Source: an uncultured Candidatus Saccharibacteria bacterium
Lineage (GTDB): Bacteria > Patescibacteriota > Minisyncoccia > UBA6257 > 2-01-FULL-56-20
NCBI GenBank assembly: GCA_964374065.1
Contig: CAYJWW010000001.1
Coordinates: 1-63,835 of the forward strand
Direction of reading: 5' to 3'
DNA length: 63,835 bases
How positions within the stretch are numbered: the stretch's first letter is position 1; every line of letters begins with the position of its first letter. The position numbers were made by a program, and so were the translations under genes. The notes under the pieces were generated by a model. The model was not told the DNA's origin. It did no database searches and worked only from the letters and a program-made list of their open reading frames with translations. Shown here one piece after another: positions 19,353 to 26,729 of this stretch.

Positions 19353-20999
19353 ATGAATGCGCTCCAAAAAGTCTTTCGGATATTTACGCAACGAGAACGA
19401 TATGCCTTCTTGGCCTCGGTTCTCGTTGCGCTCTTTTCCGCCGGTGCGCTCGCCGGTATCTTAATGTACCGCAACACGAAGGTGGCCCCCGCCGCGGGCG
19501 GAACGTACACGGAAGGAACGACGGGGCAGCCAACGTACGTGAATCCGGTGCTTGCATCAAGCGAAATCGATAAATCGCTTGTCAGACTTCTCTTTGCCAG
19601 CGTGAAAGACGTTGCGGAAAAAATCGAACCATCGAAAAACGCACGGAGCTGGAATATCCGGCTCAAGGAGGGCCTCACGTGGTCTGACGGGAAAAAGCTC
19701 ACAAGCGACGACATTCTGTTCACGCTGGAGAAGATCCAAGATCCTGAAACGCAATCCCCGGGATTTTCCGCCTGGCAGGGAGTCACCGCCGAACGGAAAA
19801 GCGAATTGGAGTTCGCGCTTAATCTGATCGGCCCCTATCCGTTCTTTGAAGAGAACCTTTCCCGATTGTACCCGGTCCCGAAGCATCTTTTTGCGGATAT
19901 CCCCGCGCCGAACTGGCGGCTTTCGGAATACATCCTGCGTCCGATCGGGAACGGTTCATTTATATACGATGGCGATGAAAAGGAACCGAACGGTTTCATC
20001 TCGTGGTATCGCGTAAAGCGGAACTCGCTTTCGAAGGGCCCCTTGCCGTTTCTGGATTACATCGTGTTCCGCTTCTACACGACCGAGGAGCGGCTCGTTC
20101 AGGCGTTCAATCGAGGGACCATTGACGGGCTCTCCGACATCGCACCCGAGCGGCTCGCGGCGCTGAAGCGTCCGCATCAGCTCGTTTCCTTCCTCTTCCC
20201 TCGCTATTACGCCGTGTTTTTTAATCAGGGTCAGAGCTTGGCGCTCAAGGATGGGCAGGTTCGCCGCGCGCTTGATCTGGCGGTCGATCGGGAAACAATG
20301 ATCCGGGATGTGTTTGGCGGACATGCGCTCGGCGTGGAAAACCCGCTGCCGCCGTTCATCCTTGGGGAAGTCGGCGGGGGAACGCCCAAGGCGGACCCAG
20401 AAGGCGCGAAGCGCGTCCTTGAGGAAACGGGCTGGAAGGCGTCCGGGGGTGGAATGCGGCAAAAGGCTTCTCGGAGCGGCGATATCCCGCTCAAATTCGA
20501 TCTCGTCGTCCCCAATATCCCGTTCCTCGCCCGAACGGCCGCGCTCCTCAAGGACTCGTGGCAAAACACCGGCGTGCAGGTAAATCTCATTGTCACGCCT
20601 CCGGAAGAGGTCGCGTCGCGGACCATCAAGAACCGGTCCTACGAGGCGCTGCTTTTCGGCAACGAACTGAAGCCGAACGCCGATCTCTACGCGTTCTGGC
20701 ATTCGAACGAGCGGTTCTACCCCGGAACAAATCTCTCGCTCTATTCAAGCCGTACGGCGGACGAGCTCATCGAATCCGTGCGGCTAAGCCTCGATCAAGA
20801 GGAGCAATACGCGAAGCTCAAGGAGCTCCGCGAAGTGATCGCGGGTGATGTGCCGGCGGTGTTCCTCTACTCCCCGGAATATCTCCTTATTCTCGGGAAG
20901 AACGTAAAAGGGGTCTCTGGAGGATTTGTGAGTGATGCCGTTGAACGCTGGACGAAGGGGCGTGAATGGCACGTGAAAACCGCCCGCGTGCTCCGATGA
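19353..20999 (+). CDS. ABC transporter substrate-binding protein, family 5 (peptide/nickel type), membrane anchored
   Basis: N-terminal TM/signal anchor. GGTYTEG...P.YVNPVL and LTSDDILFTLEKIQDP are typical of SBP family 5. Confidence 0.8.
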   Translation: MNALQKVFRIFTQRERYAFLASVLVALFSAGALAGILMYRNTKVAPAAGGTYTEGTTGQPTYVNPVLASSEIDKSLVRLLFASVKDVAEKIEPSKNARSWNIRLKEGLTWSDGKKLTSDDILFTLEKIQDPETQSPGFSAWQGVTAERKSELEFALNLIGPYPFFEENLSRLYPVPKHLFADIPAPNWRLSEYILRPIGNGSFIYDGDEKEPNGFISWYRVKRNSLSKGPLPFLDYIVFRFYTTEERLVQAFNRGTIDGLSDIAPERLAALKRPHQLVSFLFPRYYAVFFNQGQSLALKDGQVRRALDLAVDRETMIRDVFGGHALGVENPLPPFILGEVGGGTPKADPEGAKRVLEETGWKASGGGMRQKASRSGDIPLKFDLVVPNIPFLARTAALLKDSWQNTGVQVNLIVTPPEEVASRTIKNRSYEALLFGNELKPNADLYAFWHSNERFYPGTNLSLYSSRTADELIESVRLSLDQEEQYAKLKELREVIAGDVPAVFLYSPEYLLILGKNVKGVSGGFVSDAVERWTKGREWHVKTARVLR

Positions 21000-21022
21000 C
21001 CCATTGCGGGTAAAATTAGAAA

Positions 21023-21997
21023 GTGACCCGATTCGAAAAAAATATCCGAGAATTCCCCAGGCAGCTTTCCGCGGCATCGCTCGAAACGCTGGGACTTGGT
21101 GCGCTTCGGGGAACCAAAGCCGACGGCGTCATAGTCGCGGGGATGGGCGGTTCCGGCATCCCGGGCGAGATCGCTCGTGCACACGCCGAAGGCGTCGGCC
21201 TTAATATTCCCATCGTTCTTCACAAAGCATACGGACTCCCCGCTCCAAAAAAGCTCGGTATTTCAAGACCGCTCTATGTGTTCGCGTCATTCTCTGGAAA
21301 CACCCAAGAAACGCTCTCGGGGTTCGCCGAGGCGCGCCGCCGCGGAGCGCGTATTGCGGTCATCACGGGAGGAGGGAGCCTGAAGCGCCTTGCCGAGCGG
21401 CATCGCGTGCCGATGGCCGCCTTCGACCCCGGTCATTTGACGCCTCGACAAGCATCCGGTATCATGTTCTATGCGCTTATCGAAATCCTCCACGCTGCAC
21501 GGGTGCTCGCAAAACCCGTTCCGGACCTCACGAGACTGAACACAAAAACGCTCGAACGTGACGGGCGACTGCTCGCAGGGAGGGTCTCCGACGGACCGAT
21601 CTGCATCTACACGGACGCATCAAATGCGCATCTCGGCTACTTTTGGAAAATAAGCTTCAACGAAACCGCGAAAGCGCTGGCGTTCACGAATGTGCTTCCC
21701 GAGTCGTCGCATAATGAGATCGTCGCGTTCGAACTTCCGCGGAACCGCGCGACCGTGCTTCTGCTTTCTCCCCCTCGCATGAGCGGATTTATGAAAAAAG
21801 AATTCTCGTTCGTCGCGAAACTGCTCCGAGAACGCGGAGTGGGAGTGCTCGCCGTACCGATCCGCGGCGATGGCCTTGGAGCAACGTGGCGCTCCGTCAT
21901 GCTTGCGGAATGGACCGCGTTCTACCTCGCAAAAAAGCGCCGTATCGCTCCCGAACCCACGCATATTATTGAGGATCTCAAAACACTTATGCGATAG
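21023..21997 (+). CDS. bifunctional phosphoglucose/phosphomannose isomerase (SIS domain)
   Basis: GMGGSGIPGE and SFSGNTQETL SIS motifs. The size (324 aa) fits the PGI/PMI family. Confidence 0.8.
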   Translation: MTRFEKNIREFPRQLSAASLETLGLGALRGTKADGVIVAGMGGSGIPGEIARAHAEGVGLNIPIVLHKAYGLPAPKKLGISRPLYVFASFSGNTQETLSGFAEARRRGARIAVITGGGSLKRLAERHRVPMAAFDPGHLTPRQASGIMFYALIEILHAARVLAKPVPDLTRLNTKTLERDGRLLAGRVSDGPICIYTDASNAHLGYFWKISFNETAKALAFTNVLPESSHNEIVAFELPRNRATVLLLSPPRMSGFMKKEFSFVAKLLRERGVGVLAVPIRGDGLGATWRSVMLAEWTAFYLAKKRRIAPEPTHIIEDLKTLMR

Positions 21998-22029
21998 CGC
22001 AGCACATTACCGCGTGGAAACCAGCCCCT

Positions 22030-22113
22030 GCCCTCCTGGCGGAATCGGCAGACGCGCACGCTTCAGGGGCGTGTGGGAGTAATCCCGTAGAGGTTCAAAT
22101 CCTCTGGGGGGCA
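22030..22113 (+). tRNA. tRNA-Leu (anticodon CAG), class II, CCA not encoded
   Basis: Acceptor GCCCTCC/GGGGGGC; D-arm GGCGGAATCGGCAGACGCGC; anticodon loop TTCAGGG on stem CACGC/GCGTG; long variable arm; T-arm AGAGG-TTCAAAT-CCTCT. Confidence 0.9.
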
Positions 22114-22165
22114 CATCGAAGGGAAATTCAAATATCCCTCGACGCAAAATAAATAACCAAACACA

Positions 22166-23902
22166 ATGATAAGAAGACCCGCTGAGCGCCATCGGTCCGC
22201 GCGACCGCACGGAGAAGTCAGGAAACAAGAAAAGGACGAGCCCGCGGTGCGGTTCGTCGCCTTAGGCGGCCTCGAGGAGATCGGCCGCAACTGCATGTTC
22301 CTCGAATACAAGAACGAGATCGTCGTGATCGACGTCGGCTTGCAGTTCCCCGAAGAAGAAACCCCCGGGATCGACTACATAATCCCGAATGTTTCCTATC
22401 TTGAAAAGAAGAAGGCGAACATCCAGGGGATCATCATCACGCACGGACATTACGACCACATCGGCGCGCTTCCCTATGTGCTGGACAAGCTCGGCAACCC
22501 TCCCATCTACGCCACCCAACTCACCAAGGAGATCGTGATGAAGCGGCAGGAAGATTTCCCGAATATGCCGAAGCCGATATTCGAGATCGTAAGAGCCGGG
22601 GATAAGAAAAAAATCTCCGAGCACTTTACCGTCGAGTTCTTCTCCGTAGAACACAACATCCCTGAAGGCGTGGGGATGGTCTTCGACACGCCGATCGGGA
22701 AAATCGTCCACCCGGGCGAGTTTAAGTTCGACTATGACCACGACGGAAAACCGCGGGGCCTTGAAACCTGGGAGCGCCTCGGCAAGGAAGGGATCCACAC
22801 GCTGATGCTCGATTCAACCGGCGCCGAAGCTCCCGGATGGTCGCTTTCCGAGCGCGTCGTGGAGCAGGAACTTGAAAAGCTCTTCCGCGCCGCCGAAGGA
22901 AGGATCATCGTCGCGACGTTCGCGTCGCTTCTCGGCCGGGTCGCCGAGATCATAAAGATCGCGGAGAAACTCGGACGCAGGGTGACGGTAAGCGGCTACT
23001 CGATGAAAACGAACATCCAGATCGCGCTGAATCTTGGCTATATCAAGGCCCAAAAAGGCACGATCATCCCGATTGAAGAGGTCCGGAAATACAAAGATGA
23101 CAAACTCTTGATCCTCTCCACGGGAGCGCAGGCGGAACCGAACGCAAGCTTAATGCGCATCGCCGAGCGGCAACACCGGCATGTGACGCTTAAAAAGACC
23201 GACACCGTGATCCTTTCTTCTTCGATCGTCCCGGGGAACGAACGCGGAGTGCAAATGCTCAAGGACCTTATCGCGCGGCAATGCTCGAACGTGTACCACT
23301 ACAAGATGCTCGACATTCACTCGAGCGGCCATGCCCCGATGGAAGAGTTGAAGACGGTGATGAAACTCGTGAAACCGAGATACTTCCTTCCGATCCACGG
23401 GTACTATTTCATGCGCCTGCGGAACACGCGGCACGCGCAAGAAGTGCTTGGCTTAAAACCGGAACATACCATCCTCACGGATAACGGCCTCGTGACCGAA
23501 TTACGGAAAGATTCCGTCGTGGTGACGAACGAAGAAATCCCGTCATATTACGTGATGGTGGACGGACTTGGCGTGGGCGACGTCGAGGAAGTGGTGCTCC
23601 GAGACCGGCGAAGCTTGGCGCAGGAAGGAATGGTGGTCATCATCGCGACGATCGACCGGCGCCAGGCGCGGCTCTTAAAGAATCCCGACATTATCTCGCG
23701 CGGCTTCATTTATCTAAAAGAGAACCAGGATATCCTCGAAGACATCCGGAAGCGCATCCGCGGCCTGATCTCGCGGCTCCCGAGCTATCAGCAACTCGAA
23801 CCTGATTATCTAAAGACCCTTATCCGCGACCAGATCGGCCAGTTCCTGTACAATAAGACCAAGCGGCGGCCGATGATCCTGCCGGTGGTGATAGAAATTT
23901 AA
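22166..23902 (+). CDS. rnj: ribonuclease J (metallo-beta-lactamase / beta-CASP)
   Basis: LGGLEEIGRNC, HxHxDH motif (ITHGHYDH), beta-CASP region and a C-terminal RNase J domain. Confidence 0.92.
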   Translation: MIRRPAERHRSARPHGEVRKQEKDEPAVRFVALGGLEEIGRNCMFLEYKNEIVVIDVGLQFPEEETPGIDYIIPNVSYLEKKKANIQGIIITHGHYDHIGALPYVLDKLGNPPIYATQLTKEIVMKRQEDFPNMPKPIFEIVRAGDKKKISEHFTVEFFSVEHNIPEGVGMVFDTPIGKIVHPGEFKFDYDHDGKPRGLETWERLGKEGIHTLMLDSTGAEAPGWSLSERVVEQELEKLFRAAEGRIIVATFASLLGRVAEIIKIAEKLGRRVTVSGYSMKTNIQIALNLGYIKAQKGTIIPIEEVRKYKDDKLLILSTGAQAEPNASLMRIAERQHRHVTLKKTDTVILSSSIVPGNERGVQMLKDLIARQCSNVYHYKMLDIHSSGHAPMEELKTVMKLVKPRYFLPIHGYYFMRLRNTRHAQEVLGLKPEHTILTDNGLVTELRKDSVVVTNEEIPSYYVMVDGLGVGDVEEVVLRDRRSLAQEGMVVIIATIDRRQARLLKNPDIISRGFIYLKENQDILEDIRKRIRGLISRLPSYQQLEPDYLKTLIRDQIGQFLYNKTKRRPMILPVVIEI

Positions 23903-23970
23903 GACTTAGCCATCAAGACTTAGAAGCTGCAGCTTGGGTCGGCTAAGTTCTAATGGTTAAGTTCTAATGG
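23901..23970. repeat. symmetric intergenic repeat module between rnj and trpS
   Basis: AAGACTTAG occurs twice (23901, 23915). A central 12-bp palindrome AAGCTGCAGCTT follows. TAAGTTCTAATGG occurs twice (23944, 23958; 14-nt phase). The last copy contains the trpS ATG. Confidence 0.8.
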
Positions 23971-24962
23971 CTAAATCCCTACCCATTCTCGTTTCCGGCA
24001 TCCAACCCTCCGGACGGCTCCATATCGGCAATTATTTAGGCGCTCTGAAGAACTTCGTTGAGCTTCAGAACTCGGGGAAATACGACTGTTATTTCTTCAT
24101 CGCGGATCTTCACTCGCTCACCGAGGAATTCGATCCAAAGGAAAAATCGAAGCAAATTCTCGAGCTTGCGGCTGATTTTTTGGCGGCGGGGCTAGATCCA
24201 GAGAGATCCGTTCTCTTTCTCCAGTCCCATATCCCCGCGCACACGGAATTGGGATGGATTCTTGAGACCATCGCCCCAATCGGCGAATTGCGTCGCATGA
24301 CGCAATACAAGGAAAAGAGCGAATCGGAGAAGGAATCCTCGAACGCCGGTCTTCTTACCTACCCAGCGCTCATGGCGGCGGATATTCTGCTCTACGACGC
24401 GCGGTTCGTGCCGGTCGGGGACGATCAGGACCAGCATCTCGAACTCACGCGTATGCTTGCGCGGAAATTCAACAAGCGATTCGGCGAGACGTTCGTCGAA
24501 CCGAAAGGGCTCCACACCAATACCCCGCGCGTGATGAGCCTTGCGGATCCGGCGAAGAAAATGTCCAAGTCGCAGCCGGAGAGCTGCCTCTTCCTAGGCG
24601 ACGAGCCTGATGTGGTGAGGAGCAAAGTGAAACGCGCGGTGACCGATTCGGGAAGTGAAATCTCATATGATCGCGCAAAGAAACCGGGCGTGAGTAATCT
24701 CTTGGAAATATATGCGGCGTTTTCAGATGTCGACATTCCTGCGCTCGAAAAACAATTCAAAGGGAAATCGTATTTGAACCTAAAAAGCGGCGTTGCCGAA
24801 CTGATCGTTGATTCGCTCTCCGATTATCGCAAACGCAAGAAGGCGCTCCTGACCAAACCCAATGACCTCGCGGCAGCGCTCGCTACCGGTTCAAAGAAAG
24901 CCTCGCTTCGAGCGGACAAGAAAATCGCCGAGGTGAAACGGAAGGTCGGCATCGCGATCTGA
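23967..24962 (+). CDS. trpS: tryptophan--tRNA ligase
   Basis: Class I HIGN (HIGH-like) motif GRLHIGNYLG and a KMSKS motif. Confidence 0.95.
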   Translation: MAKSLPILVSGIQPSGRLHIGNYLGALKNFVELQNSGKYDCYFFIADLHSLTEEFDPKEKSKQILELAADFLAAGLDPERSVLFLQSHIPAHTELGWILETIAPIGELRRMTQYKEKSESEKESSNAGLLTYPALMAADILLYDARFVPVGDDQDQHLELTRMLARKFNKRFGETFVEPKGLHTNTPRVMSLADPAKKMSKSQPESCLFLGDEPDVVRSKVKRAVTDSGSEISYDRAKKPGVSNLLEIYAAFSDVDIPALEKQFKGKSYLNLKSGVAELIVDSLSDYRKRKKALLTKPNDLAAALATGSKKASLRADKKIAEVKRKVGIAI

Positions 24963-24978
24963 GTTTTAAAAACGTGAA

Positions 24979-25008
24979 CGCCGTCCTTGGACTGATCCAA
25001 GGACGGCG
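24979..25008. terminator. bidirectional hairpin terminator between trpS and the convergent orphan operon
   Basis: 12-bp perfect stem CGCCGTCCTTGG / CCAAGGACGGCG with a 6-nt loop. A T-run follows on the minus strand (GTTTTTAAAAC). Confidence 0.7.
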
Positions 25009-25023
25009 CGTTGTGCTATGCGG

Positions 25024-25248
25024 CTAGCCGTCGCCGTATTTGCGCTCCGTACCGCACACTTCGCAGCGGTAGCAGTTGCGCCGAGCCGTCGGCTCGTGCG
25101 GCGTATGCTTCAGTTCAAACGGGACCTTAAGGAGAGGCTTGTCCTTGTGCGGCGAAATCCTCCCATTCCGCATCTCTCCCGCCGCTTGGTCGAGCGAACT
25201 GAGCCAGGGGTTGCAGCTCCCTTCGCAGACGAGAAGGTAGGTGGTCAT
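25024..25248 (-). CDS. small Cys-containing protein (74 aa), unknown function
   Basis: Has CEGSC near the N-terminus and CYRCEVC near the C-terminus. 4-nt overlap with the upstream 393-aa gene, followed by a strong terminator. Confidence 0.5.
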   Translation of the reverse strand: MTTYLLVCEGSCNPWLSSLDQAAGEMRNGRISPHKDKPLLKVPFELKHTPHEPTARRNCYRCEVCGTERKYGDG

Positions 25249-26426
25249 CCGCGCCTCCTTCGCACGCGGGGGTCTCCCTCGAAGGGATCGCAGGGTGACG
25301 GTTTTTCTTTCGGCGCGAGCGGGACGCGCATCTTGAAGAGCGTCCCCTTTCGCCGCGCGAAATAAACGAGCGAACGCTCCCCCACGCTTGCCCGCACGGA
25401 GAGGATCTCATCGAAGGTCGGACCCGGCGCGCCGTCCATCACGAGGCACTGGTCGTACGGTTCCACTTCTTCGATCTCCCAGCGCTTGCGGAGCCGCTCG
25501 CCGAAGCTCGCCCGCTTCGGATGAGCGTTCGGCTGCCATGGCTCCCGGAAACAGTCGTTGAACTCGTCGGGGTCGAACGAATCTGCCGAGCCGATCTTCA
25601 TATACACCTGCCAGCAGCCCGGCGCGTGTTCGAACACGGGGTCTCCCTTTTGAGGATTTCCGGTCAGCGTGATGAGATCTCGTTTGGGCTTTCGCTTCCC
25701 CGGATGGATCACGACGCAGGAAAGCGCGTGCGCTTCTTCGCCGAAGTCGACATAGTAGCCGCGGGAATTGATCGCCCAGAGCGGCGTCCCCCACGGCACG
25801 CCCCAGAGCGCGTAGAGCGCGTGCTTGTCGCACGGCCCGTACCGCACCACGTCCGTGATGCGATCAAGGTGCTCGTGGTCCGTATATCGGCCCACTCCGA
25901 ATGCGGCGACACAGAGGAGCAGTTCGTTGCGCCGCTCACCATCCTGCCAGAACGCGGCGAAGTTGCTCCGGCCCGAACCTGTCGCGACGTTACCGCAGGC
26001 CCGTTGATCAGGGACATGATACATATGGCCATGCCCCAACTCGACGAAGAGCCGGAACTTGTCCACCTCGTCCTTGGAGTCCTTGAGGTGCCGGAAAACC
26101 GCCCAGGGCCGATCGACCGCATAGTCCGTCCAGATGCCCGCCCCTTCGAGGTAGAGCATCGGATCGTAGGACTTTTTGTTGATCATGGTCCCGAACCGCA
26201 CCTGCTGGTGCCGGACAGGCGGCGTAAGCACCGCGGAGGCGACCGGCTCTTTGCCGCTCACGCGCCGGATGACCTTCCCCCAGTCAAACTCGCCGCGCCG
26301 AAGCGCGAGCGCCACAGCGTCCTCAAGCGTGACGTACCGGTCTCCTTCGTTATGCCCTTCCTTGGGACACACCAGCAGCCCATCCTGGACCACCGGATGC
26401 CCCAGGCGGCAGAAGATATTGGCCAC
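25245..26426 (-). CDS. hypothetical protein (393 aa), no family recognised
   Basis: Long ORF with balanced composition, starting behind AAAGGAGGAC (SD). His/Cys-rich patches: CRLGH...CPKEGH, GHGHMYH, TDHEHLD. Confidence 0.7.
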   Translation of the reverse strand: MANIFCRLGHPVVQDGLLVCPKEGHNEGDRYVTLEDAVALALRRGEFDWGKVIRRVSGKEPVASAVLTPPVRHQQVRFGTMINKKSYDPMLYLEGAGIWTDYAVDRPWAVFRHLKDSKDEVDKFRLFVELGHGHMYHVPDQRACGNVATGSGRSNFAAFWQDGERRNELLLCVAAFGVGRYTDHEHLDRITDVVRYGPCDKHALYALWGVPWGTPLWAINSRGYYVDFGEEAHALSCVVIHPGKRKPKRDLITLTGNPQKGDPVFEHAPGCWQVYMKIGSADSFDPDEFNDCFREPWQPNAHPKRASFGERLRKRWEIEEVEPYDQCLVMDGAPGPTFDEILSVRASVGERSLVYFARRKGTLFKMRVPLAPKEKPSPCDPFEGDPRVRRRRG

Positions 26427-26604
26427 TGACGTCCTCCTTTAAATGCCAGCGTGTCGCTTGTCTCCTCTGGCGTGCCTGTCGAAGCCTTGGCGCAGATAGG
26501 TCGTTTGATTTTGTTGAACTGCCGATATTAAGGCACCGCAGGGCCGCTCCCGTCAAGACAATTCTGACAGGAACTGTGTATGCGCGATCATCTTAATCCG
26601 GCGC

Positions 26605-26642
26605 GATATTAACTAACGTACGATCGTACGTTAGTTAATATC
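26605..26642. repeat. perfect 38-bp AT-rich palindrome
   Basis: GATATTAACTAACGTACGATCGTACGTTAGTTAATATC equals its own reverse complement. It is flanked by GCGCGAT / ATCGCGC arms with a 3-nt bulge. It lies in the 303-nt spacer between the ileS stop and the start of the 393-aa gene. Confidence 0.95.
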
Positions 26643-26729
26643 ATCGCGCATTCAATGTTTTGAGCATGAGATGCATTGCGTACCGTATGCGACCTATTAG
26701 ACTTACTAGTCTGACAAGGCCTACTGACT

